A stretch of 64,000 bases of DNA from Candidatus Buchananbacteria bacterium (GTDB taxonomy: Bacteria; Patescibacteriota; Patescibacteriia; 2-01-FULL-39-33). The position numbers were made by a program, and so were the translations under genes. The notes under the pieces are model-generated. The model had not been told where the DNA came from. It did not search any database and saw only the letters and a program-made list of their open reading frames with translations. Shown piece by piece: positions 29,373 through 37,508 of the stretch; position 1 is the stretch's first letter; each line of letters begins with the position of its first letter. Location of the stretch: NCBI GenBank assembly GCA_041666505.1, contig JBAYGU010000001.1:477-64476 (forward strand). Reading direction: 5' to 3'.

Positions 29373-30004
29373 ATGAGTATATTTTTAACAAATGAATAAA
29401 ATTTTTCCTGCTCTTCGATATCCATCTCGTCAAAATCAATGCGCAATTCCTCGATCATTGGATCAATATCTTCCAGCTTAATGCCGCGGAACTGGCGAGT
29501 TCTGAAATACAGAAGATCAAATAATGCTTTCGCCGGAGAAGCGATAAAAAAATCAAACCCCCCTGCATCAGATCCAGGCCTTCCCGTTACTAAGTGAAAA
29601 TCAGAAAAGAGCTCTTTTTTAATCGACTGATAGGCGAAATTGCCCGCCTTGGCCTGATAATCCTTAGTTACTTTAATGGTTACTGATGTGATAGAATTGA
29701 TCGATTCGGTCGCTAAGCCATAATACTGCAAGGCTGCCCAAGAACTGATATAAGACGGCACACGGATAATATTAGCAAGATAAAATGAATATGAACCGTC
29801 ATGCTTATACTTATCATAAAAAGCAGAGGTTACATATAAACCGTTTTTTAGCTGAAAAATCTCATTATATTTCAAAAATCGGCTGATATATGTGTCAACC
29901 GTGGAATCCTTAAGCCCCAACTGCTTACCGAGCTGATATACGGCGTTTTTATTGAAGTGGGGTAATGTTTTTAACTGCTCAAGCAGGTTTTTCTTGCTTT
30001 TCAT
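29369..30004 (-). CDS. AbiEi-family antitoxin (second)
   Basis: LKNGLYVT and an AbiEi-like C-terminal domain. It overlaps the downstream NTase gene by 4 nt. Confidence 0.6.
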   Translation of the reverse strand: MKSKKNLLEQLKTLPHFNKNAVYQLGKQLGLKDSTVDTYISRFLKYNEIFQLKNGLYVTSAFYDKYKHDGSYSFYLANIIRVPSYISSWAALQYYGLATESINSITSVTIKVTKDYQAKAGNFAYQSIKKELFSDFHLVTGRPGSDAGGFDFFIASPAKALFDLLYFRTRQFRGIKLEDIDPMIEELRIDFDEMDIEEQEKFYSFVKNILI

Positions 30005-30072
30005 ATATATGACATAAGTGTATCATATATGAAACATAATGTCAATACAATAAATATTAGCTGAATTTAGAC

Positions 30073-30099
30073 AAAAAAACCGCCGAATCGCTTCGGCGG
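30073..30099 (-). terminator. Terminator downstream of coaC (apparently identical hairpin to 25138-25164)
   Basis: CCGCCGAATCGCTTCGGCGG preceded by A7 (T-run on minus). Confidence 0.6.
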
Positions 30100-30119
30100 C
30101 AGATAACTGCTAACAACCT

Positions 30120-30704
30120 CTAATCTTCCATTCTCCAATCAGAATGGCCCTCGAAAAGTTTCTGAACGTCATCGATTGCATTAACGATATCGCCGATATT
30201 AGCCATGGCACCCATGCCGATATCGCCGCAAGCCAGCATTTTTTCAACCGGAGGCACAATGACCAAATGCGGATATCGACGCCTCAATCGCTCTAAATGC
30301 TCTTTTGTGAGCCGGTTTTTCCACATGTCAGTGTTCATCGCCGGAGCGATGACAATCGGACGAAACCGAGTCCACGCATAAAAAATGCAGGTTAAGTAAT
30401 TATCGGCAATGCCCAGAGCGAGCTTAGTTAAAGTATTTGCCGTCAGCGGTGCGATGACAAACACTTCGCCCCAATGCTCCATATCGATGTGGCCGACTGG
30501 CCCATTCTTAATAAATCCGCCTGCTGGCCATTCGTCTTTATCTTTGTATATGCCAGCATGCGGCTCGGGAATGAAATACAACGCCGGCGTAGTGGCAACT
30601 ACTCTGACTTCATGGCCGGCGGCCACCATTGCGGCGGCCATTTTGTGAGTCAATGTTGCAGCAGCCACGCTGCCCGTAACTCCAAGAATTATTCGCTTTC
30701 CCAT
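30120..30704 (-). CDS. coaC: Flavoprotein, phosphopantothenoylcysteine decarboxylase-like
   Basis: GKRIILGVTGSVAAA flavoprotein fold. It lies directly after a standalone coaB. Confidence 0.65.
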   Translation of the reverse strand: MGKRIILGVTGSVAAATLTHKMAAAMVAAGHEVRVVATTPALYFIPEPHAGIYKDKDEWPAGGFIKNGPVGHIDMEHWGEVFVIAPLTANTLTKLALGIADNYLTCIFYAWTRFRPIVIAPAMNTDMWKNRLTKEHLERLRRRYPHLVIVPPVEKMLACGDIGMGAMANIGDIVNAIDDVQKLFEGHSDWRMED

Positions 30705-31369
30705 TGCATTGTCTCCCTGATTTTTTCTTCGATTCCCTGGGGCAATCCCCCGCGATCAACTCGAAGTGTTTCTTCTTTAGTCACGATAAACGCATATTCC
30801 TTTGATGTCTCCAAGCAATTGGCGACGATCATGTCGGCATCACTATCGAGCATGCTTTTCTTGGCAATTTCCAAAAGCCGGTCATCGGAAATTCCGACTT
30901 GCAGCTTGAATTTAACCAAGCATTCTTCGTAGCCCCAAGGCTCACGAATTAAATCGACGATCTTCGGCGTCTTGATTAAGCGCAGATATAACACTTCGAA
31001 ATCAGAGGAAATTTTGCCGCTGTTATCCAATTCGATAAGAGCACCGGATTCATTCTGGAAGCAGACTCCGTCGACCTTATAGTCGCTGACAGCCGACGAA
31101 TGAATTACGATATCAAATCGATTGTTGCAAATCTCCTGTTCCATCAATTGGAGCAATTCATCAAAAGTCTGATATCTAATAATGCGATTCAGATTATTAA
31201 CATCAGGAATCAAACCGGGATTGGAAGTCAACAGTGTAACCTCATATCCATTATCGGCAAAATACATCGCGATATTTGTTCCCGTCCGGCCTTTGAAAAT
31301 ATTCGTGATCGCCCGGACCTGATCGATGGGCGTCAAAGTCGCTCCCGCTGTAACAAGTACTTTCTTCAT
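30689..31369 (-). CDS. coaB: Phosphopantothenate--cysteine ligase domain protein
   Basis: KKVLVTAGATLTPIDQVRAITNIFKG DFP-domain N-terminus. Confidence 0.7.
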   Translation of the reverse strand: MKKVLVTAGATLTPIDQVRAITNIFKGRTGTNIAMYFADNGYEVTLLTSNPGLIPDVNNLNRIIRYQTFDELLQLMEQEICNNRFDIVIHSSAVSDYKVDGVCFQNESGALIELDNSGKISSDFEVLYLRLIKTPKIVDLIREPWGYEECLVKFKLQVGISDDRLLEIAKKSMLDSDADMIVANCLETSKEYAFIVTKEETLRVDRGGLPQGIEEKIRETMQWESE

Positions 31370-31393
31370 CTTGCTATCCTCCTGAACTTAGTC

Positions 31394-32263
31394 TCACCAA
31401 GAAATCTTCAAAAGCCTCTGAGCATTGCCGCCCAATATTTTATTCTCATCATCCGGCGAAAGATTCAACGACGCGACGATTTCCAAAGTGTCGCGATAAG
31501 ACTGGATTGGAAAATCCGTCGCGAACATGATACGATCGATGCCGTTGGGCAGTTCGATGAATTGCTTGATCTGACTAGTAATGAATTTCCGATACTCCGG
31601 CGTGTCTTCGGAACTGCCCGAGACGAACTGCCCGGAAATATCAGTCATGACATTAGGGCAATCGATCATCACCTGGCGCAAAATATCGAAATACGGGTTG
31701 GCCAGATGGCAAGCAATGAAGTTGACTTCCGGATAACGAAGAGCCAGAAGCCGCAGACGTTCCGGATTTGCCAAGTGCGCCCTTTCATCCAAGGGGCAAA
31801 GAGGGCGGCCGCATCGGCCTTGGCCGATTACTCTAACATCCTTGGGACAGCAATGATACAATTCGCCCAAATGCATCGCAATCGGCAGATCATATTCCTG
31901 AGCCAGCCGGCAAATTCGCCCGACTGCCCGACAATCCAATTCGAATTTCTGATAACCCGGGTACAGCTTGAAGCCGCTTAAACTCCCAGCATCGGCCATA
32001 ACTTCTAATTCAAAAGTCGATGGTTTATCGGCGCTCAAATCCAGACTGCCGAACATACGAAACAGGCTGTCGCCCATTATCCGCTCGTGCAAATCGAGAT
32101 TAGAAAGCCCTGTGCCCTTGAGCGGAAAATACGTCGCCATCAAGACGATTACCTTGATATAGTACATCTTGGCGTATTCGCGCAGATCATCCAGATCGGC
32201 ATCTGCCGTGTGCAAACCCTTCATTTGATGCCTAGAAGTATGCGCGTGCATATCGATTATCAT
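31394..32263 (-). CDS. Amidohydrolase-2 family TIM-barrel metal-dependent hydrolase
   Basis: N-terminal MIIDMHAHT with downstream His/Asp ligand positions. Confidence 0.6.
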   Translation of the reverse strand: MIIDMHAHTSRHQMKGLHTADADLDDLREYAKMYYIKVIVLMATYFPLKGTGLSNLDLHERIMGDSLFRMFGSLDLSADKPSTFELEVMADAGSLSGFKLYPGYQKFELDCRAVGRICRLAQEYDLPIAMHLGELYHCCPKDVRVIGQGRCGRPLCPLDERAHLANPERLRLLALRYPEVNFIACHLANPYFDILRQVMIDCPNVMTDISGQFVSGSSEDTPEYRKFITSQIKQFIELPNGIDRIMFATDFPIQSYRDTLEIVASLNLSPDDENKILGGNAQRLLKISW

Positions 32264-32364
32264 GGCTTTTCTCCTTCCTTTATCAGTTGTTATTCAAATG
32301 TAAAGTGCAATAGCGCATCTTAAACTATTATCGGAGTTTTGTCAATCAAAAAAACCGGTCAATT

Positions 32365-32472
32365 GGGGCTGTCCCAAAACTCCGTTTTTGGTGATTTTGC
32401 AAAAAATTTTTAGCTAATTTTAGCTTCTGTTTTTTGAAAAATTCCTGAAAAATCGAGTAATGGGACAACCCC
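32365..32472 (+). mobile_element. 108-bp MITE, copy 1 (TIR GGGGCTGTCCC / GGGACAACCCC), TSD AATT
   Basis: Appears identical (by eye) to the reverse complement of 61235-61342 and is flanked by an AATT direct duplication. Confidence 0.7.
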
Positions 32473-32474
32473 AA

Positions 32475-32795
32475 TTAGCCGATTTTTCTCGCTTTCTTCT
32501 CCGCAATCTCTTTTTCCAGCTTCACCGCCATATCAAAATCATCTTCCTTGCGTATCTTGTCATTCCTTACAAAACCGCAGGTTTCGCAGCGATGGCTGAT
32601 GATCCACTCGTGGCGGCGGTAATACAAATCAACCGGCCGCATCATGCCGCCGCAGACAGCGGAGCGATCGCCCGGATCAACGTCGACATGCTTGGACCAA
32701 AGGCATTTGGGGCAATGATTGGTAAAACCGGTGCCTTTGACCTTGTAGCCGCACTTAGCGCAAGTGAAATCTTCGATATTTTTGATAAAAGCCAT
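32475..32795 (-). CDS. RNHCP-domain zinc-ribbon protein
   Basis: CAKCG...TNHCPKC...CETCG cysteine pattern. Confidence 0.6.
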   Translation of the reverse strand: MAFIKNIEDFTCAKCGYKVKGTGFTNHCPKCLWSKHVDVDPGDRSAVCGGMMRPVDLYYRRHEWIISHRCETCGFVRNDKIRKEDDFDMAVKLEKEIAEKKARKIG

Positions 32796-32805
32796 ATTAT
32801 TATTA

Positions 32806-32843
32806 AACCCCCTCTAACTCCCCCTTTCGTAAAGGTGGAGAAT
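32806..32843. repeat. RPE-like half element abutting the RNHCP start codon
   Basis: AAACCCCCTCTAACTCCCCCTTTCGTAAAGGTGGAG. On the minus strand its G-rich arm (GAGGGGG) sits 9-12 nt upstream of the RNHCP ATG as a Shine-Dalgarno. Confidence 0.6.
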
Positions 32844-33012
32844 AATTGTCTTGACAGTATAGCATATCTTTTGATATAATTTCAATACTAATTAAAAGAA
32901 ACCCGTAAAGACTCGAAAAAACGGGGCTCTGGAATGATTTAGGCCAGATAATAGCTATAAGTCAGGCTATCATCGCGTCCATTCAGGGTTAAAATATGGC
33001 TACAATACGAAT

Positions 33013-34308
33013 ATGATTTTTGGCAACAAAGATTCAATCATGGCAAAACTGCTCGACGAGAAGCAGTATTTTAATTTGCCCAAATTAGGCGACCTCGTCA
33101 AAGGCAAGGTAATTTCCATCGACAACAACGAGATCCACATCGACCTGAGCGGCATCGCTACGGGCGTGGTCCGCGGCAGAGAACGCTACGATGAAGGCGA
33201 CCAATACAAAAACTTGAAAACCGGCGACATAGTAGAAGCAACTGTCTTGGAATTAGAAAACGAAAATGGCGAAGTCGAATTATCATTCCAATATGCCGGC
33301 AAGCAGAAATCCTGGCAGACATTGATCGACTTAATGAAAGCCGGCTCGATCGTGCAAGCGGTTATCACCGAAGCCAATAAGGGCGGCTTGATGGTTAAAC
33401 TCGAAAGCGTTCCCGGCTTCTTGCCGGTATCGCAATTATCTCCGGAACATTATCCTCGCGTACCGGGCGGCGACAAGAATCGCATCTTTGAGATCTTAAA
33501 AACTTACATCGGCAAGAAATTCGACGTCAAAGTATTCGACGTCAATGAAGGCGAAGATAAATTAATCGTCTCGGAAAAAGCAGCTTGGGAAGAGACCCAG
33601 AAAGATGTCATCGGCAAATACAAAATCGGCATGTCCGTTGAGGGCTCAGTTACAGCAGTAACTGACTTCGGCGTCTTCGTCGAATTCGCCGACAAGCTCG
33701 AAGGCTTGATTCATATCTCGGAAATCGCCTGGCAGCGCATCGACAATCCGCATGACTTCGTAAAAGTCGGCGAAAAGATTAAAGCAGAAATCATCGGCAT
33801 CGAGAACTCCAAGATTTTCCTATCAATGAAAAAACTGGAGCATGATCCTTGGGTCGGCATCGAGAAGAAATTCAAGATCGGCGACAAGATTACCGGCGAG
33901 ATCATCAAAGTCAATCCGTTCGGCTTATTCGTCGAATTGGAAAAGAACATCCAGGGCTTGGCGCACGTCTCTCAATTATCAGACAAGGGCCAAGTCAATC
34001 CGGTCGATATCGCCAAGGTCGGCGAGAAAAAGGAATTCTATGTCGTATCTCTCGAACCGAAGAACCATCGCTTGGGACTGAGCTTAACCAAGCCGAAGAC
34101 TAAGGGCGAGCCGAAAACCGAAGCTGCTGAAAAAGCAGAAACTCCAGCTGAAGAAGCGAAGGAAGAAAATAAAGAAGAGAAGAAAAAACCGGCGAAGGAA
34201 AAGAAACCGAAGAAAGAAAAGAAGAGCGAAGAGCCGAAAGAAGAAATCACTTCGGAAAAAATCGCCGAGGAAATTGACGAAACCAAGGATATTCCTCTCT
34301 CAGAATAA
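33013..34308 (+). CDS. rpsA: 30S ribosomal protein S1 (four S1 domains) with Lys/Glu-rich C-terminal tail
   Basis: Repeated S1 OB-fold motifs (G..V.G.V....FG.FV) and a 70-aa KE-rich low-complexity tail. Confidence 0.85.
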   Translation: MIFGNKDSIMAKLLDEKQYFNLPKLGDLVKGKVISIDNNEIHIDLSGIATGVVRGRERYDEGDQYKNLKTGDIVEATVLELENENGEVELSFQYAGKQKSWQTLIDLMKAGSIVQAVITEANKGGLMVKLESVPGFLPVSQLSPEHYPRVPGGDKNRIFEILKTYIGKKFDVKVFDVNEGEDKLIVSEKAAWEETQKDVIGKYKIGMSVEGSVTAVTDFGVFVEFADKLEGLIHISEIAWQRIDNPHDFVKVGEKIKAEIIGIENSKIFLSMKKLEHDPWVGIEKKFKIGDKITGEIIKVNPFGLFVELEKNIQGLAHVSQLSDKGQVNPVDIAKVGEKKEFYVVSLEPKNHRLGLSLTKPKTKGEPKTEAAEKAETPAEEAKEENKEEKKKPAKEKKPKKEKKSEEPKEEITSEKIAEEIDETKDIPLSE

Positions 34309-34334
34309 TCCATCATATATATATACATAAAAAA

Positions 34335-34391
34335 AATCCCTCCGAATTCTATTATCCGCCGAAAGGCGGAGACCGAACGGGGGGATTTTTT
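34335..34391 (+). terminator. rpsA terminator (nested hairpin + T-run)
   Basis: AATCCCTCCG...CGGGGGGATT outer stem, inner CCGCCGAAAGGCGG, then TTTTTT. Confidence 0.55.
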
Positions 34392-34474
34392 ATTGGTTGA
34401 TTTTTTCCGCCAATGTGCTAAGGTGTAATCGCGCACATTAAATTCTATAAGATCATAAAACCTCAAAAAGGAGA

Positions 34475-35482
34475 ATGATAATGAAACTGATAGTCGATCT
34501 GATGGGCGGCGATAATGCGCCGACTGTCGTAATCAAAGGCATAGAGCTGGCTTTAAAGCTGGGATTCGTCCAGCCCGATGAAATTACTATGGTAGGCACG
34601 GATGAAGCACTCGATTCGGCAAGACGGATAAAAAGCTTGAGGCAGTTAGAATATATAATCTGCAAAGACGCAATCGGCATGGGCGAAAAGGTCCCAGTAA
34701 CTACGGTAAAAAGAAAAAAGGATTCCTCAATTGTCGTAGGATTGCATAGACTTCGCGATAATAATTCTGATGGCTTAGTTTCTGCCGGCAACTCAGCGGC
34801 TCTCACCTTCTTAGCGACATTCATGCTGGGGCGAGTTGCGCACGGATTGTTTCCGGCTATTGCCGTTCCGATGCCGAATATTTTCGGACAATGCTTATTG
34901 CTGGATATCGGCGCCAATGCGCACGCTACAGCAAAAAATCTTTTGCAGAATGCTCAAATGGGCGCTATTTATGCCAAGAATTGCATGGGCAAAGAAAATC
35001 CGAAGATTGGCCTAATCAATATTGGCGAAGAGGTAGATAAGGGCAATAAAACTGTCCATGACGCCTATGATTTATTAGTTAAAAGTGGCTTGAATTTTAT
35101 CGGCTTCATCGAAGGCCGGGATATCTTTATGGGTAAAGTCGATGTAGCAATAACAGACGGCTTTACCGGTAATACGATTTTAAAATCTAATGAAGGCCTG
35201 GTTAAACTGCTAGATGGGGCGATTCGCGCAGAATTCAAAAAACATTATTTATCCTACTTCTCTTTCCTAGCATATCCGTTTATTCTACCGATGAAAAAAG
35301 CTTTGAAAAAACGCTTTTTCGATGAGGAAACGGGCGGGGCTATATTATTGGGCGTCAATAAACCGGTAATTTTCGCTCATGGCAATTCACAACCTCTGGC
35401 AATTGCCAATGCTATTAGACAAGCAAAAATCGAAGTTGAGGCCGGAATTGTTAATGAGATAAAGCGGGGAATTAATAATTAA
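34475..35482 (+). CDS. plsX: Phosphate acyltransferase PlsX
   Basis: LMGGDNAP, FTGNTILKSNEG and GVNKPVIFAHGNS motifs. Confidence 0.85.
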   Translation: MIMKLIVDLMGGDNAPTVVIKGIELALKLGFVQPDEITMVGTDEALDSARRIKSLRQLEYIICKDAIGMGEKVPVTTVKRKKDSSIVVGLHRLRDNNSDGLVSAGNSAALTFLATFMLGRVAHGLFPAIAVPMPNIFGQCLLLDIGANAHATAKNLLQNAQMGAIYAKNCMGKENPKIGLINIGEEVDKGNKTVHDAYDLLVKSGLNFIGFIEGRDIFMGKVDVAITDGFTGNTILKSNEGLVKLLDGAIRAEFKKHYLSYFSFLAYPFILPMKKALKKRFFDEETGGAILLGVNKPVIFAHGNSQPLAIANAIRQAKIEVEAGIVNEIKRGINN

Positions 35483-35651
35483 AGCACCTTAAAGTTGAGA
35501 GATCGCCTCTCAACTTTTTTAATTATTCTCACATGCTTGCATAATATCAGATTTTAGTATAGGGTAAGGTCAGTAATAAATAAGAGAGCCCCTTACAATT
35601 GCAATTATTTTAAGCTGCCCTTTAATCCCAACCCCAGAAAAGGAGTGCCTA

Positions 35652-37178
35652 ATGGATGTCTCGCTTAAATTCCTCGGCGGACTGGCAACAACGGAAAATC
35701 TTACCGGTTCCTGCACGGCAATCGAAGTCAAACGTGGCAAGCAAACAACGGTATTTTTGATCGATGCCGGACTAGTTCAGGGCGATAACAAAAACTTCCT
35801 TAGAAACAACAGAAGGATTCTTGAATACGTTGAACCGAAAAGAATCGACTTCGTCATCCTGACGCACAGTCATATTGATCATATCGGCCTATTGCCGCTA
35901 TTAGTCAGCCGAGGCTTCCGAGGCAGAATCGTCTGCACCGAGCAAACGGCCGACCTAATGCCGATCATGCTTGAAGATTCCTACAAAGTTCAAAAAGGCT
36001 TGGCTTGCAGGAACGAGCGACGGAACAAAGCACGCGCTAATGCCGGATCTTTTAAGAAACGTAGTAAGCAAAAAGAGAAAGTAGGAAAAAGTCGAAATTC
36101 GCAGCCGCATCAAAGAGAGCAACTCTTCCAATTTGAAGACGTGCAGAAGACACTTAAACTGATCTATTCGGCCAGCTACGGCAAACAAATAAAACTGGCT
36201 AAAGGTATAACCCTGCAATTCCATCCTTCAGGACATATTTTAGGCGGAGCAATTTGCACCATCGAAACTATCGACCCCCGCAATAAGAACCGTTCTCGAT
36301 TGGCTTTTAGCGGCGATTTGGGCAGACAAGAAGGATTACTCCTTCTACCTCCCGAAAAACTAAATATCCCTGTTGACTATTGGTTTACAGAGTCAACCTA
36401 CGGCGGCAAACAGCACCCTTCAAGAACAGAAGAAATATCCAAGCTATTTGGGCTAATTGCTGAAGCCGAAAAAGAGGGCAAAAGAATCATTATTCCTTCC
36501 TTCGCTTTGCAGCGAACACAAGAACTGATTTATCTGCTTTCAGCAGCTATGGAGCGGAATGAAATACCAAGAATACCTATCAATCTAGATTCACCGATGG
36601 CGATTGCTATCACGGAAGTTTTCGCTAAATATTGGGATTTAGGCGCCTTCAGTAATAAATTCTTACTTGGATTCAATCCATTCAGCGAAAATACCAATCC
36701 GAACCTCAAATTCCACAGGAGCCCCGAAGAATCAGCCGAGCTAATGCGCCAACCAGCCCCGCGAATCATCATTGCCAGCTCTGGTATGTGCGACGCTGGA
36801 AGAATTCGTGACCATCTTCGCGCTAATCTAGGAAGCGAAATGGCAATCATCTGTCTTGTAGGCTATATGGCTCCGACCAGTCTCGGCGCAAAACTGAAGA
36901 AAAAGCCGCTATTCGTACAAATGAATGAAGATAACATTAAAATCCAATCAAAAATTGAACATTTCGAAAGCTTTTCTGCCCACGCAGACAGCGTCGAGCT
37001 AGTCAATTATGCCCAATCAGTATTTAGCGGCAATAAAAGATCCCTGAATATCATTATTCTGCACGGAGAAACCGATAACGGCAAGTCTTTAAAAGACAAA
37101 CTGGAAGAACGGTTTAGAGGTCGCGATGTTGCGATCTTACTGCCGAAACTTGGCGATTCTATGACTTTGCCTCTCTAA
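35652..37178 (+). CDS. MBL-fold beta-CASP ribonuclease (RNase J-like) with a Lys/Arg-rich insert
   Basis: ILTHSHIDHIG (HxHxDH) and ESTYGG beta-CASP motif. Contains a KR-rich ~40-aa insert. Confidence 0.65.
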   Translation: MDVSLKFLGGLATTENLTGSCTAIEVKRGKQTTVFLIDAGLVQGDNKNFLRNNRRILEYVEPKRIDFVILTHSHIDHIGLLPLLVSRGFRGRIVCTEQTADLMPIMLEDSYKVQKGLACRNERRNKARANAGSFKKRSKQKEKVGKSRNSQPHQREQLFQFEDVQKTLKLIYSASYGKQIKLAKGITLQFHPSGHILGGAICTIETIDPRNKNRSRLAFSGDLGRQEGLLLLPPEKLNIPVDYWFTESTYGGKQHPSRTEEISKLFGLIAEAEKEGKRIIIPSFALQRTQELIYLLSAAMERNEIPRIPINLDSPMAIAITEVFAKYWDLGAFSNKFLLGFNPFSENTNPNLKFHRSPEESAELMRQPAPRIIIASSGMCDAGRIRDHLRANLGSEMAIICLVGYMAPTSLGAKLKKKPLFVQMNEDNIKIQSKIEHFESFSAHADSVELVNYAQSVFSGNKRSLNIIILHGETDNGKSLKDKLEERFRGRDVAILLPKLGDSMTLPL

Positions 37179-37188
37179 GAAAAAACAA

Positions 37189-37215
37189 ATCCCAGCCATG
37201 AAGAATGGCTGGGAT
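37189..37215. terminator. Bidirectional terminator between convergent genes
   Basis: ATCCCAGCCAT-gaagaa-ATGGCTGGGAT with flanking A/T runs. Confidence 0.55.
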
Positions 37216-37238
37216 ATTTTAATTCATATTTTGTTTTT

Positions 37239-37508
37239 TTATTCCTTCTTGTCCCAGAAAGCCTCTGCTTCCTCTTCCATTTTCTCTAAGCGAGTGTAAT
37301 AATCGGCGAATTCATTCAAATGGGCCAGAGCGATTTTGCCAGTGGTAAAAGCGCCGTCATTAGTGACATTAGTCTGCGGATCCCTGGTGCCATGTTCTAA
37401 TTCCACATCCATGCCCATACGGAATTGCTCCACATCGAATTTCGTCCAATCGATTCCCAATCTCTCTCCTGTTTCCTTCGCCTCCTCGGCGGAAAATATT
37501 GTCTTCAT
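37239..37508 (-). CDS. Small hypothetical protein (89 aa)
   Basis: Acidic ORF with a 4-nt overlap with the upstream phosphohexomutase gene. Confidence 0.35.
   Translation of the reverse strand: MKTIFSAEEAKETGERLGIDWTKFDVEQFRMGMDVELEHGTRDPQTNVTNDGAFTTGKIALAHLNEFADYYTRLEKMEEEAEAFWDKKE

Noticed and set aside
31100-31981. Plus-strand 293-aa ORF antisense to coaB and the amidohydrolase
   Set aside because: It overlaps two well-supported minus-strand genes across their intergenic gap and has no motifs. This is a typical antisense shadow ORF, as are many other internal plus-strand ORFs in the track (for example 3508-4209, 9337-9597, 15255-15686, 23337-23708 and 46084-46563).
32460-32879. Plus-strand 139-aa ORF overlapping RNHCP and containing the PPLTPPFVK peptide
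   Set aside because: It is antisense to a well-supported zinc-ribbon gene. The repeat peptide appears only because the element is palindromic, so this is a shadow ORF.
34038-34466. Minus-strand 142-aa ORF overlapping the rpsA 3' end and terminator
   Set aside because: It is the low-complexity (F/S-rich) antisense of the KE-rich S1 tail and runs through the terminator hairpin, so it is not a credible gene.
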